A stretch of 64,000 nucleotides of DNA from Epithemia pelagica. Its lineage: Eukaryota > Protista > Bacillariophyta. Numbering within the stretch: the stretch's first letter is position 1; each line of letters starts with the position of its first letter. The stretch covers positions 4,898,001-4,962,000 of the forward strand of contig OX337228.1 in the NCBI GenBank assembly GCA_946965045.2. The letters run 5' to 3'. The notes under the pieces are model-generated. The model saw only the letters and a list, made by a program, of their open reading frames with translations. It had not been told where the DNA came from and searched no databases. Of this stretch, positions 31,334 through 42,180 are shown piece after piece. A program made the translations under genes and the position numbers.

Positions 31334-32554
31334 CTAGCGAGAAAAATCTCTCCGCTCCCTTTCCTGTGAAGAAGGCGGACACTTCTGAGCAGCGGACACT
31401 GATTCCTTCAGTCTCATCATTGTTGTCGAGACAAACTGAGAGATAGACTCGACTTCGTCCGTAGTACGATGAAACTGTTGGTGTTCTAAATTCTTTTGTG
31501 TATCAGAGAGAAATTTCATGTATTGAGAGGAACAAAATGAACAGCAGATTAGGCCTCCTGGTCCCCCTTCTGGACAAAAGTTGTGGTACAAAACATTTTG
31601 GTCATCATAGGTTGCGACATCCCAAGCGATATCCCTCTTGAAAACAGTTGACAAAGACTCAGTTTGCATTTGAGAAGTGTCTTCTTCCGCTCTCTCTAAA
31701 CTTGGAGTTTCTTGTCCTCTGGTTTCATCGTCGGGACCCACCAAACCTACATCAACGGAGCTTGGTTCTTCTTCGACCTGCTTCGTATTGTCCACAGCAG
31801 CCAACCTCTTGTCAGCTGGATTTCGTTCCTCCAGTGCTTTACTTTGTGGACTGCAGTTGTCGTCCTGCGAATCAGTTCTCATCTCCAAGGTCTGGCCCAT
31901 ATTACAGCAGCTCGTTGAAGCAGTGGTAGACTCAAGCATAGATAGACTCGTCATTGTTGCTGATTTCTCTTCGACAACTGCTTGATTGGTGGTGTGATGA
32001 TCTTTGCAAGCCTCAGATAATAGGTTTTCCTGATGTCCCAATTCTTTTCCATCTGCCTTGCAACCCTCTATATCGTCAACCTAAAGAGGAAGACCAAGAT
32101 ATGTTGATGATAATAAGCCTTTCGTATATGCGTCAACCAGATGGAGGAAGTGGTTGTATCCGCTTACCGATTGCGCTTCCTTTGAGTGACCATACTTTAG
32201 ATATTGTTGAATTTTTTCGCGGGCCGCTTTTTGGCTTTTGATTCGCTCTATATTGCCCAGACGACATTTCCTTACTCGTTCTCGAACATACTTTAGTTGT
32301 GCTTTAACCTTGTCGTATTCTTCTTGGCTCATGCCAATCTTTTTCAGATTGGCATCGAGAATGGCTTGATTCCGTGCGCCCACAGCCAGTCGAATTTTCG
32401 CTTTCGACTCTTCGCTCCGATTCTTTCCTTTGTTCCATGGTACGTTCCCTTTATTTGCTTCACCAATCTTTCGTCGACTGGATGTTGTATGGGCATATCC
32501 GCCCTTATCTGTTCGTCGTGCATACGAAGGGAGAACGACCTCAGCATCATCCAT
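31334..32554 (-). CDS. NUMOD3-type DNA-binding motif protein with C-terminal Cys cluster; intron 32081-32167
   Basis: AHTTSSRRKIGEANKGNVPWNKGKNRSEESKAKI is a NUMOD3-like repeat; GTAAGC...TTTAG splicing joins ORFs 32081-32554 and 31334-32041 in frame; C-terminal FCPEGGPGGLICCSFC. Confidence 0.75.
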
Positions 32555-32778
32555 CTCTCTCTTGTTGTACAGGGTCTTAATTGAAACGATGGACGACCAC
32601 TTTGAGTGTTGAGTGATACACTAAGATGGGGTGTGGGGAATCACTCCCCAGCGAAGATTGTTCGAAGGAAGGAGTATCAATTTCCCTGAACATTTACACG
32701 CTCTACTATTTATACAGACCCGCTCGGGATCGACTCTACTACAAAAGTTGTCTCGATTTCTTCGATCCCCACAAAATG
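31561..32778. repeat. Segmental duplication, copy 1 (direct repeat of 33950-35106)
   Basis: Near-identical sequence from GTCCCCCTT(C/A)TGGACAAAAG through GATCCCCACAAAATG in both copies. Confidence 0.95.
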
Positions 32779-32930
32779 ATCATGGCCATTGTCTAAATAT
32801 TAGAGCATTAGAGCCCAAAACTGACGATAATGGACGGGTAACCCTGCCGTATTCTGGTCTGGCCTCCCCCCGGCTGGAACCAACAAATAATAACAAGAAC
32901 AACAACAACAACGACACTGTGAACCAAACA

Positions 32931-33908
32931 ATGGACTATCTGCTGTCTCGGCTTGAAAGTGGGACACGGTGGTTATGGCTGCTCGAGCAGCTTGACGAAG
33001 CTGCATCGTTGAGGCGGGTATTTGGACTTGTGCCCGCAAGGACTCAAGTTGTGGCAAGTCAATCCTGCAATATCGCCCTTATCAATCATTATTTGACTGC
33101 GCTGCCAGGAAAGACTTACATTTGCTGCGGCAAGTCTGGAGTCGGAAAAACCATGGCGGCTATGTATCTGTTTCATGGAGATTATAAATTACGTCCTCAC
33201 CGTGGCATCATGATTCGAGCAGGCGACAGCAAAGATATTGCAAGGACTTTTGCTGAATCGGTATACGCTCCAGAGTCTTCACCGGAAATTCACGCCTTAC
33301 TTGTCGCTGCGCTGATGACGAAAGAGCAACGCAGCATGTTCTCTAGCAAAAACAGCCACAAAAAGAGTTGGCACTTACTTGCCAATATTCAATCAGCATT
33401 GCGAGGGATGAAATGTTTCTCTCAACCGTTCGAAGTGGAATTGCTGAAAATGGGAGGCAAGCGGCCCCTACACTGCCCGCGTATTCGTCAACGTTGTCAA
33501 GAGCTGCCTCTTCTGATCATTGATGGTTTGTCAAGCTCACAAGCAAACTCCGATTTTGTTGGTAGACTTTACGAAGAAGTGAAAGACAGGAACGTGTCGG
33601 CGTTAATTCTGGTGAAGGAAGAGGACTGGGCTAATGCACTGATTAGGTTGAATGGTGGAATTCAGATACTACCTGTGGACCAAGTTATCAGTAATCCACG
33701 AGGTGAAAACCTCGAAGAGCCGTTCGTAGAAGTCCCGAAATGGAACCATATGGTGTGGCGACTGGGCGATATAGAGGAGTTTGCGGCCCTGGAGAACATC
33801 ACAGACGTACATCTCCATGAAGGAATGACACCGCAAGATGTCTTGGACTTGCACGCTCGAATAATGAGCAACACAACTGATGACTACGGCTGGGGTAGAG
33901 ATGGATGA
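32931..33908 (+). CDS. Orphan intronless P-loop NTPase-like protein
   Basis: Walker A GKSGVGKT and Walker B LLIIDG. First in-frame ATG is at 32931, although the frame is open from 32631. Confidence 0.7.
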   Translation: MDYLLSRLESGTRWLWLLEQLDEAASLRRVFGLVPARTQVVASQSCNIALINHYLTALPGKTYICCGKSGVGKTMAAMYLFHGDYKLRPHRGIMIRAGDSKDIARTFAESVYAPESSPEIHALLVAALMTKEQRSMFSSKNSHKKSWHLLANIQSALRGMKCFSQPFEVELLKMGGKRPLHCPRIRQRCQELPLLIIDGLSSSQANSDFVGRLYEEVKDRNVSALILVKEEDWANALIRLNGGIQILPVDQVISNPRGENLEEPFVEVPKWNHMVWRLGDIEEFAALENITDVHLHEGMTPQDVLDLHARIMSNTTDDYGWGRDG

Positions 33909-33956
33909 AGGAACAAGAATATAGGGAGCAATAGACCGTCGTGCCGTGTGTCCCCC

Positions 33957-34895
33957 TTATGGACAAAAGTTGTGGTACAAAACATTTTGGTTATCAAAGG
34001 TTGCGACATCCCAAGCGATTTCCCTCTTGAAAACAGTTGACAAAGACTCATGTTGCATTTGAAAAGTGTCTTCTTCCGCTATCTCTAAGCTTGGAGTTTC
34101 ATGTCCTCTGGTTTCATCGTCGGGACCCACCAAACCTACATCAACGGAGCTTGGTTCTTCTTCGACCTGCTTCGTATTGTCCACAGCAGCCAACCTCTTT
34201 TCAGCTGGATTTCGTTCTTCCAGTGCTTTACTTTGTGGACTGCAGTTGTCGTCCTGCGAATCAGTTCTCATCTCCAAGGTCTCGCCCATATTACAGGAGC
34301 TCGTTGAAGCAGTGGCAGACTCAAGCATAGATAGACTCATCGTTGCTGCCGATTTCTCTTCGAGCACTGCTTGATTGGTGATGTGATCTTTGCAATCCTC
34401 AGACGATAAGTTTTCCTTATGACCCAAATCTTTTCCATCTGCCTTGCAACCCTCTATATCGTCAACCTAAAGAGGAAGACCAAGATATGTTGATGATAAT
34501 AAGCCTTTCGTATATGCGTCAACCAGATGGAGGAAGTGGTTGTATCCTCTCACCGATTGCGCTTCCTTTGAGTGACCATACTTTAGATATTGTTGAATTT
34601 TTTCGCGGGCCGCTTTTTGGCTTTTGATTCTCTCTATATTGCCCAGACGACATTTCCTTACTCGTTCTCGAACATACTTTAGCGCTGTGCTTTAACCTTG
34701 TCGTATTCTTCTTGGCTCATGCCAATCTTTTTCAGATTGGCATCGAGAATGGCTTGATTCCGTGCGCCCATAGCCAGTCGAATTTTCGCTTTCGACTCTT
34801 CGCTCCGATTCTTTCCCTTGTTCCATGGTACGTTCCCTTTATTTGCTTCACCAATCTTTCGTCGACTGGATGTAGAACGACCTCAGCATCATCCA
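33957..34895 (-). pseudogene. Truncated, frameshifted duplicate of the NUMOD3 gene, within duplication copy 2 (33950-35106)
   Basis: 46-bp deletion relative to 32486-32531, a +2 indel near 34682, a GAA>TAA change at the breakpoint, and loss of the 3' end. Confidence 0.85.
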
Positions 34896-35152
34896 TCTCT
34901 CTCTTGTTGTGCAGGGTCTTAATTGAAACGTTGAATACACTATTGTAAGATGGGGTGTGGGGAATCACTCCCCAGCGAAGATTGTTCGAAGGAAGGAGTA
35001 GTAATTTCCTTTAACATTTCCTCCATCTAAGTCTTGTGGACGTACCCGCTCAGGATTGACTCGACTACAAACGTTGTCTCGATATATCTACGATCCCCAC
35101 AAAATGTCACGACGTCTCTACTTTCCGAAAACTCTTTCATGCGCACGGGGCC

Positions 35153-37947
35153 ATGGCGGTCGGAACCTGTTGGTTCGAAGCCACCGAAGATAACACTTTG
35201 TTGGAATGTGTCAAATCGGTCTTAGATGGACGACGATCAAGTCGGGATGAAAGATGCGGCGCTAAGCTCCCCTGTGCAGGCCAGGCAATATTGGCACACG
35301 TTCCTGTTGAACAAGAGCAAGGTATCTATATCGCATCGCCATTGGAAAATCGGATGACAAAACGATTGTCCTACCTATGTCGACAACCTTTTGAATGTCG
35401 AAACATACTTGACCAGATTGACGTCAAGGTCTTATTCTGGTTCGATACTTCAGTTCAGGTGGTTCCAGAGGGACAAGATGATTCAGTTCTCTTCCATCGC
35501 TCCAACGTGTTTGGGTGGCTAGATTTGATCAATCGTAACAATCCACCATTACCCTCCGTATCATGCACAGGGCTTAGGACCTGTCATTTCACTCGGAGGC
35601 TGCTTACAAACTACGATGATGAATGTGAAACGGTGCCATCTGCTGCAGAATTTGAAGAGGATGGTTGTGTGCAGAATATGGGCCATCCAACACCTTTACA
35701 GTCTGTTCGCCTTTGGCAATACACAAGAAAAAGTAAGGCCATCCCTGGTTCACGATATTCATTGGAGGGTTACCAACACATACTATTACAATCTTGCTTG
35801 AAGCGAAGTCTGGTCGGGCGTGTCATCTATTGGGAGGAGGATAGATGGAACTCCAAGATTCGAGCTAGATTTCGGAATGAAGAGCACTGGTTCACCATTG
35901 AATCGCTTACCCCACGGAACAACGAAGGAATTAAGAAAGGCTCTGGCTTGTTCTTCATTGCACCCTCAACATTGATAACATTCTCGTTGCCCCCAAAGCA
36001 AGAGGGAAATCTCTTTCGAAGTGCCATAGGAAACAAGACCCTGGAAACCTCCATATTCGACGGAGAAACCGGAGCGGAGTCCAGAAACCCGTTCTTGTTC
36101 TCCCCCGTTGCCGAAAGCTTGAAAGAGATTCTCGACCTTGTTTTGCTGAGAAAGCAACATACACTAAAAAATTCCTCAGGCTTTCAACCACCAAGAACGT
36201 TTCTTTTGACTGGACCTCCAGGTAAGTTCTCTTTCACCAAGTGTTGTTTCAGACATCGGGTTTACGAGTGGATAGTATGATACGTTGAGCCAGCGATTGC
36301 ATATCATATGTCTTCTTTTGTTCATCGTTTGCTTGAATCACAGGAGTGGGCAAAACATACGCGGTGCGCTCGGCCGTGGAATGTATCAACCAGAATGAGG
36401 GTCAATTTTGCCATTTAGTCTCTTTCGAGGGATCGCATATAGCATCGAAGAACGGAGGCCTCGGTGAAAGTGCCAGAGAGCTTGAAAATCATTTCGATGT
36501 TGCTGCTTCAGTGCTGCGAAGAAGTGATAAAACGGAAATGAATGTCGTCTTGGTGTTTTTAGACGAAGCTGAAGCCCTCGTCTCGTCAACTATTCTGGGA
36601 ACACAACTTGCGTTGATTTTAGACAGGGTCAACAATGACGTCGATTGGGCTGGGATTGTTGTTGTGGCAGCGACCAATCACATCGATAGTATTCCAGATT
36701 ATTTGCGTCGGCCAGGGCGATTTGATCAAGAAATTGCTATTGCACCTCCCTCTGTCGAAGAACGAAAAGAAATCCTGCTTTCCCTTTTGCATCCTCTTCA
36801 ACTCTCCAACTTTTCTAAAGATGAGAACGACATGATTTGGGAGCTTGCCGAGCTGTGTGTCGGATACGTTCCTGCTGATCTGAATGGTCTGCTACGTCGC
36901 GCCATGGTATTACTCTCAAGCTCTCTTGCTACAAAGTCAGAAGATGATCGTAAGGGTGAATCATCAACACTGCCAACGCTGATACGTTTCATGCATCTCG
37001 CAAGAACTGATGTGGGTGCTTCCGCTCTTCGAGATGCGGCATTGAAAGCTCCGCCGACAACCAAATGGGATGAGATTGCCGGGGATCCTGGAGGAGCAAA
37101 GACGGCCCTTCGTCAGGCAATCGAATGGCCACGCACGCACCGAGTGAAATTCGAAGCCCTTGGCCTTCTCCCTCCTAGAGGAATTTTGCTTGCGGGTCCC
37201 CCTGGTTGTGCTAAAACAACATTAGCGAGAGCTGCAGCTGGAGCATCTGGGGTTGCGTTTCTATCATTGGCACCGGCCGATGTTTATGCATCAGCATATG
37301 TGGGCGAGGCTGAGACCATTGTCCGCCGAGCCTTCTCCCTTGCTCGATCGGCGGCCCCATGTGTGCTCTTCTTCGATGAGATTGATGCCATTGTTGGCAG
37401 TAATAATGCAAATGAAAGTTTTCGAATGGGTCGAGGAAATTCAGCTGAGGCTAGAGTACTCAGCACCTTCTTGAATGAAATGGATGGGATTGATGTTGAA
37501 TCATCTTCGGTGGATGGCGTGTTGGTGTTGGCTGCCACCAATCGACTTTGGACGATAGACGCCGCGCTCCTACGTCCAGGGCGGTTTGACAAAGTCATTC
37601 ATGTCCCACCACCAGACGCAGCAGGCCGACGTTCCATCTTGGAGTTACACACGCGGTCGTGGCCTGTGGATGGAAAAGGGATAGACTTTGATCTGCTTGC
37701 AAGTGATGAATGGACAATGAATATGACAGGAGCGGAAATAGTAGGGGCTTGTCGTGACGCTGCGCTCTCCGCGTTGCGTGAGACCATTTCACTCGACGGG
37801 GCTGTTGATGTGAGGGTCCAGCAACGACATCTGGAGGACGCTTTGGCCCATGTGCGCCCTCTTCTTGCCGATCTCAATGATTCAGGGGAACAAACTGACC
37901 GAGAGCGATACAAGAACGCGCCTGTTGATTCATCGCGCAAAGGTTGA
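35153..37947 (+). CDS. Double-domain AAA+ ATPase, CDC48/AFG2 (SPATA5-like) family; intron 36222-36343
   Basis: D1 LLTGPPG|VGKT, FLDE and LRRPGRFD; D2 GPPGCAKT, LFFDEIDA and ALLRPGRFD. The true start may lie slightly upstream. Confidence 0.9.
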
Positions 37948-38001
37948 TTGACCACCATAGGCTCTATTTTAACGACATCTAACACAGATGGTGTTTGATA
38001 T

Positions 38002-38886
38002 CTACTTTTTCTTAGTTTTCTTTTGCACGACTACTTTGCCGTGAGTTTTGGCTTCATTGTAGTCCAGCTTAGATGTGGGCGACGCGTCTTCTAGTAAACC
38101 CAAAAGCTTTTGCATAAAGGTGGGAAGGGTTTCTTCGTCGTTTTCTGCCATATAGCGAGGGCACCGTGCTCGGATCAAACAGGGGTGACCCTTCTCCAGA
38201 AAATCATTTATTCGTCCGATTTGTCGCATCAAGTCGTTCTCGGCTATCGCAACTTTGAACGAGAATTCTTTGCGCTCCAATGTGTTCTTAGAAGATGATT
38301 GTTTCTTCTTTTCATGATAGACAACACCCGCAAAGGAGGCCGCTTTGATGACGGGGATATCTGTTTGTAGCGCAACAGCAATAAGATCAAGCTCTCTGTC
38401 AACTGCAACCTGAATGGCAGTGGACAAGGAAACCAAATCGGAAGATGAAACCATCTTCCCCTCCTCATTTTTCTCTGTCACTAATCTTACTTCAACACCA
38501 TCCGGAGTCTTCGAAGGATGATTCTTCATTATTGCCGAGACAAGCTGCTCATTCGTTAAGTGCCCGCTTTTTTCTTTTGATTTTCCCGATTTTCTGCCGA
38601 AGGCACGTCTTTGTACCCACGGAAAATGATTCGTCTCCCAGCCGCTATGTGGTTGACTTGCTGATGTATATGACAAGTGACAACGACCTTGGCAACCGGC
38701 GAATGGACGCGTCGATACTGTTCCAACCAGCCAATTTGCCAATCCTCGTGAACAATCCTGCTGCCATCTCGAAAACGAACGCAACGGCTTGCACCAGTTC
38801 GCTAGAGCTGCTACTTTCGGTTGTCTCGAAATCAGAATATCCGCATTCAGTTTACATAAGAAACTCATGCTCAACCAGTGTTTCAT
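38002..38886 (-). CDS. Organellar translation initiation factor IF-3
   Basis: NEQL...EVRLV, AIQVAVDRELDLIAVA..IPVIK and KEFSFKVAIAENDL...FLEKGH match the IF3 N- and C-domains; targeting-peptide-like N-terminus. Confidence 0.8.
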   Translation of the reverse strand: MKHWLSMSFLCKLNADILISRQPKVAALANWCKPLRSFSRWQQDCSRGLANWLVGTVSTRPFAGCQGRCHLSYTSASQPHSGWETNHFPWVQRRAFGRKSGKSKEKSGHLTNEQLVSAIMKNHPSKTPDGVEVRLVTEKNEEGKMVSSSDLVSLSTAIQVAVDRELDLIAVALQTDIPVIKAASFAGVVYHEKKKQSSSKNTLERKEFSFKVAIAENDLMRQIGRINDFLEKGHPCLIRARCPRYMAENDEETLPTFMQKLLGLLEDASPTSKLDYNEAKTHGKVVVQKKTKKK

Positions 38887-39215
38887 GGACCAGAGTCTCG
38901 GCACTTATTCACTTCGTCCACCATTGTCTCTTCTTGGACAAAACAAAAATGCGATACACAATGCTGATACTCTCGAGATTTATCATGTGAACATTGTATA
39001 ATATAGTTCTGTAAAATACTCAAAATGTATTCTGAGGAGTGTTTTTGCGACTTAGAAAAGATCGCATCCGTACCGTGGTCAGACGAACACTGAGAGCCAA
39101 GAAAAATCTCATCCCTTCCCTCATCTTTTCTGTCGTCGGCGTCCCATCGAAAGAATCGATACAATAGGAGAACGGCGAAATTCCGTTGTCGTACCTAGCG
39201 TCGCAAAAGGCCACC

Positions 39216-42128
39216 ATGGCAATGCGAGAGAAATCCAGAGAGCCAGGAAAACGGCGGAGAGGCATCAAGTCTTCGTCGTTGTCTAGGTCCACAAATACGA
39301 GTGATACATCTTCAGCCCGCAATACGTTGTTGATCAAACTTTCTGAAGACGCTCCTTCTTGGTACAAGGTGGCAGAGACAGTTCCCGGCCGAAATGAAGC
39401 CACATCCTCCGATCTCCCTTCGAGAGACATTGTGGAAAAGTACAGACATGATGCTAGCGACTTGCTCCGTAAAGAAGTCCAGCTTTTTGGAACAAAGGGA
39501 GATACCAAAGATATGTCATGGATCCAGTCGACCATATCAAAAGGAACTTTAAAAGACAGAATTGCGGCTATGAGTGTGGTCGTGAGTACACATCCAGTCC
39601 ACAAGTTTCATGCGCTTGATGGCCTATTACAAATGGCGGGTTGTCTGTCTGAAGGCCAAGCCAATAGTCGAGTTGCTCAGCTTGCGGCAGAAGCGTTGGG
39701 AGACCTATTTGTGAACACTTTCCTCCCAGCTGATCGCAAACTCCTGACGCTTGCGCAGAGACCACTGAACCTCTATGAACAACCGTCAAAACATGATAGC
39801 ACGAACGGCAAACACTCCAAACGAACGCTTTCACCTCGGGTTCTGCTTCTGTGGCGTTTTGAAGAGATGGTCAAGGAAAAATACAACCTTTTCGTGCGTC
39901 AATACCTTGGCTACACGCTGCGAGAAGCACCCGAGCAGCAAAAGATATCAGCACTTCGCTTGGCATCAATGCTTCTGAGTTCAGTTCCTGAGGGTGAAGC
40001 AGTCGTTCTTCATATGATGTGCAACAAACTAGGAGATCCTGAAAAGAAGGTGGCAGCAGCCGCGGCGCATGAGATGCGTAATGTTCTCAATACTCATCCA
40101 GCCATGCGGGACGTCGTTGCTCGAGAGGTCCAACAATTGGCCCATAGACCTCATTTATCGTCACGGGCCCTCTACAACTGTATCACGTTTCTCAATCAGC
40201 TTACCTTCACTCGTCACGATATTTCAAAAGACAACGGCACAACGCCCTGGGACAGTAATGCAAAATCACCCTCCCCACGGACAAAATCCCTCCCTGCTTC
40301 TTTGATAAGTACCTATTTCCGGCTTTTTGAAGTGACAATGGAGGCTTCAGAGACGAGTGTCATGAAAGGTCGTTTATTGTCGGCACTCTTGTCTGGAGTG
40401 AACCGTGCGCATCCATTCTTACCGGCAAAGGACCAAGAATTGGATTCACACTTGGATGCCTTATACCGTGTCGTTCTCACGGCTCCCCCTGCCGCATGTA
40501 CACAGGCTCTTCTCTTACTCTTTCATGTGGCGGTAGGATCAAAGTTAGACGACGATGATAAAAGCAACAGTTCTATCCTCCGAACTCTTTCCGACGAAGA
40601 GAAAGCTCGACAGGAGCGGTTCTATCAAACCCTGTATTCTCGTCTCAGCCGCGCGGAATTGCTTCATGGTGGCAAACACATGACAATGCTTTTTAACCTT
40701 ATCTACAAAGCGATGAAATATGACCGAAAGTCTAAAAGAGTTGTTGCATTTACCAAACAACTTCTTTCAACCACCATGCATTGCCCACCACAGGTCGCTG
40801 CTGGGTCCATCTTTCTGCTCAACGAAGTGGCAAAATATCACCCCCAAATCATCGCGTGCTTTGCATCTCTTCTTCCAGGACCATGTTCAACCAGTTTCCT
40901 CGATTTCCGGAGTCAGGTTCCCCTGGAAGCACTCATGGTACACAGAAAACCAGTGAATGTTGACGACAGTCGCAATGAATCTGATCTCTCACCACTTTGG
41001 GAAATGTCTCTCCTGTACCACCACCACCATCCATCTGTTGCGAACTTCGCGGCAAAGCTCGGTGGCCTTGACTATCGGGGCGATCCATTGAAAGATTTTG
41101 CGCTGCCTCCATTTCTGGATAAGTTCGCATATCGCAACCCAAAGTCAACAGTACGCATTGAAAACAAACTTGATCAAGCGAGGAAGTCAATCGCTGCGAG
41201 ACATAGCGATGCTATGGCTATGGCGGAAAGGGAAAGGGCCCTGCCGGTGAACGATCCAAGCTTCCTGGAGAAAAAAGATGTACCAGTTCAAGATAAGTTT
41301 TTCCACCATTTCTTTTCGGAACGCGCAAAAAGGAATCAAGGAGTGACTGATCGTTCGGCACCCAAAAAAGATGCCGTGGATATGGAAGACGTCGAAGTTG
41401 ACATAATGGATTCGAAAGACTTCACGTCTTACGAACAGAACTGGGAATCGGACGAGGAAGAAGACGCGTATGTGGATCACCTTGCGCAGAAAGTCATGGA
41501 GGACTCTATGGACCCCAATGAGCTAGGTCCAGGAGATCTCGATGACGAGGATCCGGATACTTCCAATTGGGACGACCTAGATCATGACGAAGACGAAAAC
41601 GGAACCGATGACAGTGATGAAAACAATGTCAACGAGGAAGTCGTCATGGGGCGTTCAATGGACGAAAGAGCATCGAGCGAGGATAGTGATGATGATGACC
41701 TGCCCATGTTAGACGACGACGACGACGCATTTATGGATGATATGGACAGGACAAGTCAGAGTAGTGACTCACAAGTATTGAGCGATGAGGAGCCAGTGCA
41801 GGGATACAGTGAAAAAAGTGAAGGCATGGTCATGGAAAAGGGCCATTTCCCCATTCACGAAGATGAGAGCGAAAATGATTTGGCGTTAATCCAAGACGAT
41901 TCTGATTCAAAGGCTTCTGACGATGCAGCGGAGAAGCCAAGATCGAAAAGGAAAAAGAACACAAATGACGAAGCCGTTTTCGCTTCAGCCAAAGATTATG
42001 AGGAAAAGATAAACGAGGTATGGAACAACTTAACAACCACTGCCGGGGCTTCAACTAATGATGGCCAAGTCGTCACGAGCAATGCGCGTAAGAAAAAGAA
42101 ATACCAACGAACGGATAAGAGAAGCTAA
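39216..42128 (+). CDS. NOC1: CCAAT/enhancer-binding protein zeta / NOC1 / MAK21 ribosome biogenesis factor
   Basis: KGTLKDRIAAM, NKLGDPEKKVAA, LLSALLSGVNRAHP, SLLYHHHHPSVANFA and FLDKFAYRNPK; acidic C-terminus. Confidence 0.92.
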   Translation: MAMREKSREPGKRRRGIKSSSLSRSTNTSDTSSARNTLLIKLSEDAPSWYKVAETVPGRNEATSSDLPSRDIVEKYRHDASDLLRKEVQLFGTKGDTKDMSWIQSTISKGTLKDRIAAMSVVVSTHPVHKFHALDGLLQMAGCLSEGQANSRVAQLAAEALGDLFVNTFLPADRKLLTLAQRPLNLYEQPSKHDSTNGKHSKRTLSPRVLLLWRFEEMVKEKYNLFVRQYLGYTLREAPEQQKISALRLASMLLSSVPEGEAVVLHMMCNKLGDPEKKVAAAAAHEMRNVLNTHPAMRDVVAREVQQLAHRPHLSSRALYNCITFLNQLTFTRHDISKDNGTTPWDSNAKSPSPRTKSLPASLISTYFRLFEVTMEASETSVMKGRLLSALLSGVNRAHPFLPAKDQELDSHLDALYRVVLTAPPAACTQALLLLFHVAVGSKLDDDDKSNSSILRTLSDEEKARQERFYQTLYSRLSRAELLHGGKHMTMLFNLIYKAMKYDRKSKRVVAFTKQLLSTTMHCPPQVAAGSIFLLNEVAKYHPQIIACFASLLPGPCSTSFLDFRSQVPLEALMVHRKPVNVDDSRNESDLSPLWEMSLLYHHHHPSVANFAAKLGGLDYRGDPLKDFALPPFLDKFAYRNPKSTVRIENKLDQARKSIAARHSDAMAMAERERALPVNDPSFLEKKDVPVQDKFFHHFFSERAKRNQGVTDRSAPKKDAVDMEDVEVDIMDSKDFTSYEQNWESDEEEDAYVDHLAQKVMEDSMDPNELGPGDLDDEDPDTSNWDDLDHDEDENGTDDSDENNVNEEVVMGRSMDERASSEDSDDDDLPMLDDDDDAFMDDMDRTSQSSDSQVLSDEEPVQGYSEKSEGMVMEKGHFPIHEDESENDLALIQDDSDSKASDDAAEKPRSKRKKNTNDEAVFASAKDYEEKINEVWNNLTTTAGASTNDGQVVTSNARKKKKYQRTDKRS

Positions 42129-42180
42129 ATTATTTTATGGCGCCTGTTTTCGTAAGAAACGAGACACAAAGCTAACCACG

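Noticed and set aside
32081-32554. NUMOD3 ORF as a homing endonuclease in a group I intron
   Set aside because: There is no GIY-YIG, HNH or LAGLIDADG motif, and it splices via a normal GT-AG intron into a nuclear gene.
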